60,464 bases of DNA from an uncultured Spirochaetales bacterium (GTDB lineage: Bacteria > Spirochaetota > Spirochaetia > Treponematales > Treponemataceae). The translations under genes and the position numbers were made by a program. The notes under the pieces are model-generated. The model was not told where the DNA came from. It saw nothing but the letters and a program-made list of their open reading frames with translations, and ran no database searches. Below, piece by piece: positions 43,418-52,240 of this stretch (positions within the stretch are counted from its first letter, which is position 1; the number at the start of each line of letters is the position of its first letter). The DNA lies in contig CAMJMF010000001.1 in NCBI GenBank assembly GCA_946406925.1, forward strand, positions 1 through 60,464, in the 5' to 3' direction.

Positions 43418-44547
43418 TACATTCCGTAAAGAACTTGATTAGAAGCAGTGTATGCAAGCTTTTTGCGGGCCGCGTTGATTGCAGCCCATTCAGACTTTTC
43501 AGTTGCTTCAGAAATAATTGTTGTGGCAAAAAGCTCTTTGTTCTGAAGTATGTGCCGTGCCTTTAACTCGGCGCGCAAAACTACGTGAAAACCTGCATCA
43601 GTTTTTTCAACTGTGTCGTATTTGACTGTACCGTAGATGAGGTATGTTACGCTTTTGCCGAAAAGCTCTGATGCTGAACGCTGTACGGCGGCGTCATTTT
43701 TTGAAACAACCTCGTTTACAAAGTCGCAGTTGCCGATGCGTGTAAAGCCTTTTTTGATAAGCTCTGTTAATACGGCTGATGAAGTCTCTGAGTTTGAAGT
43801 TATCGGCTTGCCGGCTTTTGTAAAGTCTACAATTGCAATTGAGCCGCCGCTTGCTTTCATGTTGGTAGCAACAAGGTAGGGCAGGTCTATAGACGGTGCG
43901 TTCGCAAAGTCTGTGTACACAATTTCAGGCAGGTCAACTTTGAATGTAGCTGAAGAACTGATTGCGCCCTGAAATGCAGGGCTTGTAAACTCGATTGTTC
44001 CGTCTTCAGAAGGCTCAAGAACCTGTTTGGCTGTTGTTTTTTTGCCTTCTTCATCAATTATTGGATATGTAACTGTGTATTTTAAGTTCTGCGGGTTTAC
44101 CATGCCTGTTTTTGAAACAAGCTTGACAGAAAAAGCTGATTTGAATGCCTTGCCTTTTGTTGTTGCAGGCGGCACAGCTACTTTTTCAAATTCAACATCA
44201 TTAAGATAATCATTTATAGTGTTTTCAATGAATGCAAAAGTTTCGCTGATGTCTTCTTTGTTTGGTTCTTCTTCGTTGTTTATGTAGTCTTTTGCGTTCT
44301 GCCAGATTTCAAGTCCGGTGATGTAATCGCGCTCTTCAACTGCTTTATTGAATGCTTTAAGAATGGTCTTTGACTTAGACGGCTTTGCTTTTTTGGGTTG
44401 TTCTGCCGGTTTTTCAGTTTCGTTCTGAACGGCAGTTTCTTCAGTTGCAGGAATTTCCTGGGTGTTTTCAATTGAGCCTGAAGCAAAAACAAAAGACGAT
44501 GCCGCCATAATAACGGCTAAACTTATAATCGAAAAAAATAACTTCAT
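43417..44547 (-). CDS. secreted protein, function unknown
   Basis: 376 aa. Signal peptide (AVIMAASSFVFASG), Lys/Pro/Glu-rich linker. SD GGAG 8 nt upstream. Confidence 0.6.
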   Translation of the reverse strand: MKLFFSIISLAVIMAASSFVFASGSIENTQEIPATEETAVQNETEKPAEQPKKAKPSKSKTILKAFNKAVEERDYITGLEIWQNAKDYINNEEEPNKEDISETFAFIENTINDYLNDVEFEKVAVPPATTKGKAFKSAFSVKLVSKTGMVNPQNLKYTVTYPIIDEEGKKTTAKQVLEPSEDGTIEFTSPAFQGAISSSATFKVDLPEIVYTDFANAPSIDLPYLVATNMKASGGSIAIVDFTKAGKPITSNSETSSAVLTELIKKGFTRIGNCDFVNEVVSKNDAAVQRSASELFGKSVTYLIYGTVKYDTVEKTDAGFHVVLRAELKARHILQNKELFATTIISEATEKSEWAAINAARKKLAYTASNQVLYGM

Positions 44548-44581
44548 TTTAATACTCCATAGATGTGCAAAAATATAGGGA

Positions 44582-44703
44582 ATCTCTAAAAACTTCAGTT
44601 TTTAGAGATAACTTTGAAAATGCGATGTTGTAAATCGCGCCATTTTAGCGATTTACAACTCGGCGTATCTCTAAAAAGTCACGACAGTGAGTTTTTAGAG
44701 ATA
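44582..44703. other. array of three strong hairpins built from four copies of ATCTCTAAAAA(C)
   Basis: HP1 44582-44609 (12-bp stem), HP2 44627-44659 (12-bp stem GTTGTAAATCGC), HP3 44666-44703 (12-bp stem plus inner extension). Confidence 0.75.
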
Positions 44704-44861
44704 CCACGTACTATTATAATACTCTAACAAATATATCAGAAAAAAATCATTTATGGAAGCTAAAAGCTTTATATAGCTGAATATAACAAATATTTAGCGT
44801 AAAACTCCATTTTTCAAGCTATTGCATGGTAAGAGGGACGTCTTTCCCCAAAAAAATAAAC

Positions 44862-44890
44862 TTGACTCTGTGAGTCAGCTTCGCTACGAT
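44862..44890 (+). promoter_or_regulatory. alr promoter placed for a leaderless transcript
   Basis: TTGACT, 17-nt spacer, TACGAT, then only 6 nt to the ATG at 44897. No SD. Confidence 0.45.
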
Positions 44891-44896
44891 TAAGCT

Positions 44897-46054
44897 ATGA
44901 GAGCAACACAAGCACATATTCATCTTGATAATTTAAGAAAGAACATTGAAGTCATTAAAGGCTTTGTTCATAATAATGCGAAAATCTGTATTCCGGTAAA
45001 GGCAAATGCTTATGGCCATGGTGCAACACGTGTGGCAATTGCTGCAATAAAAAGCGGCGCAGATTTTCTTGCAGTCGCTTCTATTCAAGAAGGAATAGAA
45101 CTCCGTGAGTCGGGTATAGTTGCTCCGATTCTGTCGCTGAGCCTTCCCACACCGGACGAAATACCTTCGATTATAGTACATTCTATTACGCCGCTCGTCT
45201 TTGACCCGGAATTTATAGCCCAGCTTGCCGAAGCCGCATCTAAAATGCACCGCACAATTCCTGTGCACCTAAAAGTTGACACCGGCATGGGGCGCATCGG
45301 CTGTTCTTATGAAGAAGCCTGCAAAGTGGCAAAGCTCATTGCTTCTAAAAAGTCTCTGTTTCTTGAAGGCACATGCACACATTTTGCCGCAAGCGACTCG
45401 CTTGAACAATCTGACGTAGAATATACAAAGCTTCAGTTTTCACGCTTTATGCAGGCTGTTGATTCAATCAAAAAAGAGGGCATTAATCCTGGCATTGTGC
45501 ATTGTGCAAATTCCGGGGCAGTGCTGCTTTATCCTGAAATGCACCTCGATATGGTTCGCCCGGGCATTATCGTTTACGGTTATTTCCCGGATGAAGGCTC
45601 TGAAAACGAGCAGATCCGCGCTTATCTTGAAAAGAAAAGCAAAAAAACAATCGAACTTTTCCCAGTAATGGAAGTAAAGACACAGGTTGTTACGATTAAG
45701 CGCGTAAAAAAAGGCGACTCAATCTCTTACGGCAGAACATGGACGGCAGAAGAAGACACAGACATTGCTACTCTGCCTGTAGGCTATGCAGACGGTCTTT
45801 TGCGCCGGCTTTCTCCAGGACTTAACGTGCTTATAAACGGAAAATTGTTTCCAGTTGTCGGAAGAATATGCATGGATCAGTGCATGGTCAACCTCGGCAC
45901 AAACCACAACGTAAAGCTCTGGGACTCTGTTACAGTATTCGGCCCGAACAAAGACGGACCTTCTGCCGCAGATTTGGCTTTGAATGCCGGTACAATTCCT
46001 TATGAGATTACGTGCAACGTAAACAAGCGTGTGCCTAGAATCTTCTTTGACTGA
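44897..46054 (+). CDS. alr: alanine racemase
   Basis: 385 aa. PLP-lysine motif VKANAYGHG. C-terminal SYGRTW...PVGYADG motif. Confidence 0.9.
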   Translation: MRATQAHIHLDNLRKNIEVIKGFVHNNAKICIPVKANAYGHGATRVAIAAIKSGADFLAVASIQEGIELRESGIVAPILSLSLPTPDEIPSIIVHSITPLVFDPEFIAQLAEAASKMHRTIPVHLKVDTGMGRIGCSYEEACKVAKLIASKKSLFLEGTCTHFAASDSLEQSDVEYTKLQFSRFMQAVDSIKKEGINPGIVHCANSGAVLLYPEMHLDMVRPGIIVYGYFPDEGSENEQIRAYLEKKSKKTIELFPVMEVKTQVVTIKRVKKGDSISYGRTWTAEEDTDIATLPVGYADGLLRRLSPGLNVLINGKLFPVVGRICMDQCMVNLGTNHNVKLWDSVTVFGPNKDGPSAADLALNAGTIPYEITCNVNKRVPRIFFD

Positions 46055-46061
46055 CACACCG

Positions 46062-46859
46062 ATGATTTTTGCTGACTCGCATTTTCATTTGACAGAAGAA
46101 TTCTCTGCAAAACTTGAAAATGCGCCTGCTTTGGCAGGAACAATAAATGTATCTTCTATTGAAGAATTCAGAAAAGCTCAGGAAATCAAAAAATCCCCTT
46201 TATTGCAGAAAACTGCTGTAGCTTTCGGCGCATTCAGTTTTTTTGATAAACTTGATGATTCAAAAGCTGTGCTGTCGCTTGGAAAAAACTCGCTTGATTT
46301 GCTTGACTCTGTCTTGCGCGATAATTCTGAAGCTGTAGATGCTGTGGGTGAGGCTGTGGTTGACGCAGCTTTGCCTGAACGGCGCGGAACTTTAGACGCG
46401 CAGCTTGAAATCTTTAGAGGTGAGCTTGAGCTTGCAGAAAAATATGGCAAAACTCTTGTAGTTCATTGTGTGCGCACAATGCCCTTAATTTTTGAGCTTG
46501 CGCCTGTGCTTAAAAAACTTCCGGCTGTGGTTTTTCACGGTTGGGGCGGTTCTGTAAACGAAGCAGAAAGCCTTTTGAAGCGCGGCATAAACTGCTTCTT
46601 TTCTTTCGGAACAGCGCTTATAAACGGAAAAAAAAGCGCAGCTGCTTGTGCCGCCGCGCTTCCGTTAGAGAGAATCTTGTTTGAAACAGATTTTCCATAC
46701 TGCAGTGTAAAAGGCATGCGCCTTAGTCAGCTTGAAACAATCAAGAATGTGTATTCTTTTGCAGCTGCAAAGCGTTCTGTCAGCATGGAAGATTTAGCTG
46801 TTCAAGTTTACTGCAATTTTTCAAGAGCTTTCTTTAGCTCAGCTATGAATTCGTTATAG
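46062..46859 (+). CDS. TatD-family metal-dependent hydrolase
   Basis: Start at MIFADSHFHL. VVHCVRT, VFHGWGGS and FETDFPY metal-ligand motifs. Confidence 0.65.
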   Translation: MIFADSHFHLTEEFSAKLENAPALAGTINVSSIEEFRKAQEIKKSPLLQKTAVAFGAFSFFDKLDDSKAVLSLGKNSLDLLDSVLRDNSEAVDAVGEAVVDAALPERRGTLDAQLEIFRGELELAEKYGKTLVVHCVRTMPLIFELAPVLKKLPAVVFHGWGGSVNEAESLLKRGINCFFSFGTALINGKKSAAACAAALPLERILFETDFPYCSVKGMRLSQLETIKNVYSFAAAKRSVSMEDLAVQVYCNFSRAFFSSAMNSL

Positions 46860-47158
46860 CGTTTGTCGATTTCAGGCAGAAGCGGCAGCGGGTCGCCTTC
46901 GGCTTTGCCTCTGTAGATTGCTTCAGCCTGTGCGCAGATTTCCTGAAGCCGTTCGCCGCCGATTGTTGCGCTTGAACCTTTAAGACGGTGCACTTTTGAT
47001 GCGGCTGCATCATAGTCATGGGCGTTTGTAAGCTTTGTCATTTCTTCAACGTCTATTCCGCCGTTTTTCATGAATTCTTCTATAAGCTCGCGGTAAAGCT
47101 CGGCGTCGCCGCCCATCATCTCGAGTCCGTTTTCGAAGTTAAGTGTCTGCTTTTCCAT
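46808..47158 (-). CDS. stand-alone Hpt (histidine phosphotransfer) domain protein
   Basis: 116 aa. HRLKGSSATIG phospho-His motif. Confidence 0.7.
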   Translation of the reverse strand: MEKQTLNFENGLEMMGGDAELYRELIEEFMKNGGIDVEEMTKLTNAHDYDAAASKVHRLKGSSATIGGERLQEICAQAEAIYRGKAEGDPLPLLPEIDKRYNEFIAELKKALEKLQ

Positions 47159-47243
47159 AAAATTGAACCTCCCGATTTGTAAAAAGTGCTTGCCATGTCT
47201 TTTTATTCTAGCCTATTTTTTCTATATTTGCTATAATTTTCAT

Positions 47244-48980
47244 ATGAAGCGAATTTTTATTTTTCTTTATGCAACTGCCATAGCAGCACTTTTGTTTTCG
47301 GTTTCATTGTTTACACTGTCTTTTGGCATTGAAATGTGTGCTTTTCCGCTGATGCTTGTTTTTACGGCAATCTTTTCATTAGTAGCTTTATTCAGTCTGA
47401 AAAAACGGCCCTCTCCGCGTCTTGTTTTTTCAACTAGAAAATTCTGTGAATATGCGCCGTTTGTTGCAATTGTTGCTTTTGTATTGCGCCGCGCCGGTGT
47501 AAGTGATACAAGCTATACGCTTGATTTTATAAGTGTAATCTTCTGGGTAATGATCCTTGTGTTTTCGTGCCTTTCGGTTTTCTTCTTGAAAGAAAAACGG
47601 ATGCCGTTCAAATTCAAGGAAAAAAAGCAGAAACCTTCAGTTATTAAACGCATTTTCTTTGAGCTTGCAGACTGGATTGATGCTTTTGTTCAGGCTGCCT
47701 TTATTGTTTCTTTTGTAAACGTATTTGTTTTTCAGCTTTATGCCATTCCGTCTGAATCTATGGTGCCGCAGTTTTTGATTGGCGACCGCGTTGCTGTGTT
47801 CAAGACTGCATCAGGTCCGTCTTTTCCGTTGTCAAAAGTTGCATTGCCGCGCGTTGTGTCTTATAAACGCGGTGACATCGTAGTTTTCAGAAACCCTCAT
47901 TATGCTTCTGGCAGAAAATATGAAGTAAAAACCTTTGTAAACCAGCTTGTCTACATGCTCTCTTTTACAACCGTAAATCTTGCTTATGATGAATCCGGGC
48001 AGATGCTTGCCGACCCGCTTGTAAAGCGCGTTACAGGTGTTCCGGGCGAGCAGCTTGTTATGGTTGACGGCGTGCTCTATTCAAGAACCGCTTCTGACCT
48101 TGATTTTAAGCCTGTAGAGCTTGACGCTAAATTTGCAAAATATAATCTTAACGAGCTTGATTCTTCTTTAAAGAGAAAAGTTCATGATTTTCCTATTACA
48201 AATGATGATTTCAAATCACTTTGTGAAATAGAAGAAAAACGCAAAAATCTTGATATTGAAAGCGCAAAGCTTGAATGTCTGCGTATTGCCTCTCAGTTCA
48301 ATATGCTTTGTACAGAGCTAGGCAGTTTCAAGCCGTTCTTGGTTGGCGACTGGCAGACTTTTCTCAGCGGCAAAGATTTGTGGGTTTATTCGCTGTTCTC
48401 TAATATCGATAATCTGACACAGCGGCTTATGACCCAGGAAGGCGGAGTGATCTGGTTTAGTACCTTTATGACTGACTGGACTAAAAACTGCCCTTCAGGC
48501 AAAACGCCGGTAGCAGATGATCCTTATGAAGACTCAATGTACCGCCTGAACATTCTGATGAAACTTACGGCCGGAAGAATTGTGGTTCATAATGTTGAGA
48601 CATATCTTAAAACAGGCAGTTTCAGCAACGACGATGATGAACGCCGCAAGTTAATGACTGATGCGCAGAATCTTTATAAATATTCGCTTTTTAATGACAG
48701 CAGAAATATGCCGGTTTTTCCTGAAAACAAAGACGGAAGACCTTCTTTTATTGAAAAGAACGAATACTTTATGATGGGCGACAACCGTTTCAACTCACTT
48801 GATTTGCGCCATTCTTATGACCAGACTTTAATTCCTGTAACTGAAGCTGACGCATATTCGCTGAAATACTATTCAAGGCTTGCACCTCAGACTGTAAATG
48901 CTTCACGTATTTTAGGCACAACAACCCTGCGCTTCTATCCGTTCAACCGCTTCGGGCTGACGCAGACAAAAGTAAAATAA
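47244..48980 (+). CDS. lepB: signal peptidase I, long form with polytopic N-terminus
   Basis: Start at the ATG at 47244. SESMVPQF serine box, GDIVVF, GDNRFNSLDLR box E. Confidence 0.8.
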   Translation: MKRIFIFLYATAIAALLFSVSLFTLSFGIEMCAFPLMLVFTAIFSLVALFSLKKRPSPRLVFSTRKFCEYAPFVAIVAFVLRRAGVSDTSYTLDFISVIFWVMILVFSCLSVFFLKEKRMPFKFKEKKQKPSVIKRIFFELADWIDAFVQAAFIVSFVNVFVFQLYAIPSESMVPQFLIGDRVAVFKTASGPSFPLSKVALPRVVSYKRGDIVVFRNPHYASGRKYEVKTFVNQLVYMLSFTTVNLAYDESGQMLADPLVKRVTGVPGEQLVMVDGVLYSRTASDLDFKPVELDAKFAKYNLNELDSSLKRKVHDFPITNDDFKSLCEIEEKRKNLDIESAKLECLRIASQFNMLCTELGSFKPFLVGDWQTFLSGKDLWVYSLFSNIDNLTQRLMTQEGGVIWFSTFMTDWTKNCPSGKTPVADDPYEDSMYRLNILMKLTAGRIVVHNVETYLKTGSFSNDDDERRKLMTDAQNLYKYSLFNDSRNMPVFPENKDGRPSFIEKNEYFMMGDNRFNSLDLRHSYDQTLIPVTEADAYSLKYYSRLAPQTVNASRILGTTTLRFYPFNRFGLTQTKVK

Positions 48981-49035
48981 ACTTGGTTCGGCGCAAACTT
49001 TTGAGGCTTGCGCCGTTCCGCTTTTAAACAGTGTC

Positions 49036-50214
49036 TTAGCGCTTTTTTATGGAGCGCAGGCATTTGTTGAGAAAGCCGCGTTTTAGCGGTTCGTCTTTTA
49101 CAATCAGGTGAGAGAGCGTAACACCTTCGCCGCTTGCTGCGTCTTTTGTAAGCACCGCGCCGTTTATGTCGTTCCAGAAAGAAGGTTCAAGCCCCGGAGT
49201 AAGCACTTTTTCTGTGCGCAGAATTGCAATGTCATTATAGCCGATTCTTTCACCGGCGCTCATGTCGCGCATAAAATGAATTGAGCGGTTTGTTCTTGTG
49301 TAATTTGCTTTTTCAGACGGCGCAAGCTTTTTTACGCCGCTGCCCAAAACAGCAAGCACTTTTTCTTCGCTGTAAAATCTGTTCAAAGCTGAGATAATTT
49401 CTTCTTTTGTGGAATTTTCCGCTTGCCGTACAGTTTCTACCATTTTCTTAAAGTCTTCTGGAGTAAGCGCAACAGGGTCATCAAGCCCGCCGCCTTCTTT
49501 GCTTAAGCAGATGTGCTTTTCTATAACAGATGCGCCGCAGGCGGTTGCAAGCACTGGCACCAGCACAGGGTCAAGGCTGTGATCGCTTACACCCATTTCA
49601 ATGCCGAATATTCTGCTCATTGGTTCAAGAACATTCAGGTTGTAGTCAGTTTCTGGAGCAGGGTAGCTTGTCACGCAGTGGAGCAGGGCAATGTTTGCAA
49701 GACTGCCGTCCGGGCGGTTTGCTTCTATTGTTTCAAGAGCTGCTTCTATGTCTTTAAGCTTTGAGACGCCGCTTGAAAGAATAATCGGAATGTCACCGGC
49801 TTTTGCGGCGGCGCGCGCTATAAGCGGCAGATGGTTCAGTTCAGGTGAGGCAATCTTTATTGCAAAAGGTTCAAGCGCAATCAGCTCGTCTAAGCTTTGC
49901 AGTCCGAATGGAGAGGCGCAGAAACCTACACCGCAGGCTTTGCAGTAGTCCTTGCACTTGAAAAAAAAGTTCTTGGTTACTTCAAGCTTCTTAAACCTGT
50001 CGTAAAGCCGTATATTTCCGCCCGGAAGTGCTACAAAACCTGTGTCCGGGTGAAGAATCTCGTCTGCATAGACTATCTGAAATTTTACGCAGTCCGCACC
50101 GGCGGCAACTGACGCTTCTATTAGTTTTTGCGCTTCTTCAAATGAACCGCCGTGAGCAGTTCCAACTTCCGCAATAATGAATGGATGACCCTTTTGAAAA
50201 ATGTTCATGTTCAT
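49036..50214 (-). CDS. NeuB/PseI/SpsE-family nonulosonic acid synthase-like protein with C-terminal SAF domain
   Basis: 392 aa. PFIIAEVGTAHGGSFE...GADCVKFQ N-terminus. C-terminal SAF-like GERIGYNDIAILR. Confidence 0.75.
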   Translation of the reverse strand: MNMNIFQKGHPFIIAEVGTAHGGSFEEAQKLIEASVAAGADCVKFQIVYADEILHPDTGFVALPGGNIRLYDRFKKLEVTKNFFFKCKDYCKACGVGFCASPFGLQSLDELIALEPFAIKIASPELNHLPLIARAAAKAGDIPIILSSGVSKLKDIEAALETIEANRPDGSLANIALLHCVTSYPAPETDYNLNVLEPMSRIFGIEMGVSDHSLDPVLVPVLATACGASVIEKHICLSKEGGGLDDPVALTPEDFKKMVETVRQAENSTKEEIISALNRFYSEEKVLAVLGSGVKKLAPSEKANYTRTNRSIHFMRDMSAGERIGYNDIAILRTEKVLTPGLEPSFWNDINGAVLTKDAASGEGVTLSHLIVKDEPLKRGFLNKCLRSIKKR

Positions 50215-50424
50215 TTATCGGTTTTTGGGGAAACTGTTATTAGACAAGTTCAGAAACTCGCTTGGCTTTGCGGATACTCCGGCTCTTTAGGTGGCAAAGT
50301 TTGCCGTTTTATGCGTTTTTCCGCATATTGACGCTATTTTCTCTATATGCTAAACTCTTGAAATAAGGCTTATATCTGCCTTTACTAGTGACTTTTAATT
50401 TGTAATTTATTATAAGGAGACATC

Positions 50425-51213
50425 ATGTCAGGACATAGTAAATGGGCGACAATTAAACACGCCAAGGGTGCAGCCGATGCAAAACGCGGTCAGTTGTTCA
50501 CCAAATTTATTAAGGAAATTTCTATTGCAGCAAGAATGGGCGGCGGAGACCCTAACTCAAACCCACGTTTGAGAACTGCAATTCTTAAGGCACGTGCAGC
50601 TAACATGCCTAAAGACAATATCGAACGCGCAATCAAGAAAGGTACAGGTGAACTTGGCGCTACAACATTCGAAGAATTGGTTTATGAAGGATTCGGCCCG
50701 GGCGGAGTTGCTATTCTCGTTGAAGTCTTGACTGATAACAAGAACCGCGCAGCTGCAAACGTACGCAACATCTTCAACAAGACAGGCGGAAACCTCGGTA
50801 CAACAGGTTCTGTTTCTCGTATGTTCGAGCGCAAAGGCGTTATTGAATTTGACGCAGAAAAAGTTTCAGAAGAAGAAGTAATGGACGTTGCTCTTGAAGC
50901 TGGTGCTGAAGATATCGTTACAGAAGACGGCATCATCACAGTTACAACAGCTCCAAATGACTTTACAGCTGTAATGGAAGCTTTTGAAGCAAAACAGAAA
51001 CCAGCATCTGACGACAAAAAGAAAGAGGAAGAAGAAGACGATCCTTGGAAGCCACTTTCTGCAGAAGTTGCCATGGTTCCATCTTCTTACCAGGCTCTTG
51101 ATGCTGAAACAGCACGCAAATGCGACAAGCTTACAGACAAACTTGAAGAAGACGATGACGTTCAGAACGTCTATACAAATATTGAATATCCAGATGGATA
51201 TGAAGCTGAGTAA
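50425..51213 (+). CDS. yebC: YebC/PmpR-family transcriptional regulator
   Basis: MSGHSKWATIKHAKGAADAKRGQLFTKFIKEI N-terminus. SD AAGGAGA. Confidence 0.9.
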   Translation: MSGHSKWATIKHAKGAADAKRGQLFTKFIKEISIAARMGGGDPNSNPRLRTAILKARAANMPKDNIERAIKKGTGELGATTFEELVYEGFGPGGVAILVEVLTDNKNRAAANVRNIFNKTGGNLGTTGSVSRMFERKGVIEFDAEKVSEEEVMDVALEAGAEDIVTEDGIITVTTAPNDFTAVMEAFEAKQKPASDDKKKEEEEDDPWKPLSAEVAMVPSSYQALDAETARKCDKLTDKLEEDDDVQNVYTNIEYPDGYEAE

Positions 51214-51322
51214 TCAGCAAAAGGTTTCTGACAGTTTTTCTGTCAGTTAAAATCTTGTCTGAACTGCCCGAGACAAATTGTAAAAAACAATCTGGATCGG
51301 GCTGTTTGTTTTTAAACTGAAA

Positions 51323-51838
51323 GTGCAGAATATAACTGATTTGAAAAAAAGACGAATCCTCGGCATAGATCCGGGGCTTGCCTCAACCGGTTGGGGAGTT
51401 ATTGACGTATCAGGCTCCCGGATGATTCACATTGCTCATGGTGTAATTGAAACTACAAATCAGATGAAACATCAGGTGCGCCTGCTTGAAATCTACAACC
51501 GGGTTCTTGCTGTTCTACGCGAATATAACCCGAATGAGGCAAGCATGGAAGCTTTGTATTTTGCAAAGAACGTAACGTCTGGTCTTGCCGTTGCAGAGGC
51601 AAGGGGAGTTGTTACGCTGTGCCTCACACAGAACACCGTTCCGCTTGTGGAATATTCGCCGCTCTCTATAAAGCAGTGTGTTGTAGGCTCGGCTAAAGCT
51701 GAAAAAAAGCATGTCCAGCAGTATGTAAAGCTGCTTTTGGGGCTTGCTGAAATTCCAAAGCCGGACCATGCCGCCGATGCTCTTGCCGCCGCAATAACCC
51801 ATACAATGAATACACCGTCTGGAATAAGCGCCTTATAA
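51323..51838 (+). CDS. ruvC: crossover junction endodeoxyribonuclease RuvC
   Basis: ILGIDPGLASTGWGVI and the C-terminal DAADALA motif. Start uncertain (GTG at 51323 or TTG at 51341); neither has an SD. Confidence 0.85.
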   Translation: MQNITDLKKRRILGIDPGLASTGWGVIDVSGSRMIHIAHGVIETTNQMKHQVRLLEIYNRVLAVLREYNPNEASMEALYFAKNVTSGLAVAEARGVVTLCLTQNTVPLVEYSPLSIKQCVVGSAKAEKKHVQQYVKLLLGLAEIPKPDHAADALAAAITHTMNTPSGISAL

Positions 51839-51850
51839 AGCCTTTAAAAC

Positions 51851-51883
51851 AAAAAAGACCAAGATTTGCAAACCTTGGTCTTT
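51851..51883. terminator. bidirectional terminator shared by ruvC and the tRNA-His/Arg operon
   Basis: AAAGACCAAG-10 nt-CTTGGTCTTT flanked by an A-run and a T-run. Confidence 0.65.
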
Positions 51884-51956
51884 GCGTCTGACACGATTCG
51901 AACGTGCGACCTGCGGATTCGAAGTCCGACGCTCTATCCAGCTGAGCTACAAACGC
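51883..51956 (-). tRNA. tRNA-Arg(TCG)
   Basis: Reverse complement folds as acceptor GCGTTTG/CAGACGC, anticodon loop CTTCGAA, T arm GCACG-TTCGAAT-CGTGT. Confidence 0.85.
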
Positions 51957-52001
51957 AGAATTTATAAAGGCACTGAAATCTGTTCAGTGCCTTTAGTAAA
52001 G

Positions 52002-52074
52002 GGTGCCTGATGGGATTTGAACCCACGACAACCAGATCCACAATCTGGCGCTCTACCCCTGAACTACAGGCACC
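52002..52074 (-). tRNA. tRNA-His(GTG)
   Basis: Reverse complement has the extra 5' G(-1), acceptor GTGCCTG/CAGGCAC, anticodon loop TTGTGGA, T arm GTGGG-TTCAAAT-CCCAT. Confidence 0.85.
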
Positions 52075-52093
52075 ATGCGTTAGCAATGGAAAT

Positions 52094-52122
52094 AAAGTAC
52101 ATCAAAAGTTGAGTTATGTCAA
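52094..52122 (-). promoter_or_regulatory. possible promoter of the tRNA-His/Arg operon
   Basis: Minus strand: TTGACA (52122-52117), 17-nt spacer, TACTTT (52099-52094), then 19 nt to the tRNA-His 5' end. Confidence 0.4.
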
Positions 52123-52240
52123 GTACTGCCTTGACAAATACATTGGAAAGAAAACGCCCGCCAATAAGTCTTTTCTATTTTTATAAAGTTTTATACAGCT
52201 TTTACTTGTTGAGTTTTGCGAGATAGTTTATACTGAACTT

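Noticed and set aside
46808-46859. 52-nt convergent overlap of the TatD-like and Hpt genes, and a 17-nt overlap of pncB with the 408-aa gene at 728-744.
   Set aside because: Both are seen directly, but neither region shows a special structure or conserved motif. They are most simply explained by compact gene packing, so they are not reported as findings.
47178-47195. Sigma-54 promoter-like TGGCAAGCACTTTTTACA on the minus strand upstream of the Hpt gene. Also GGCAGGAAATGCA at 59074-59086 upstream of galM.
   Set aside because: The first has TT where the invariant -12 GC should be. The second has GG-to-GC spacing of 10 instead of 12 and lies only 4 nt from the start codon.
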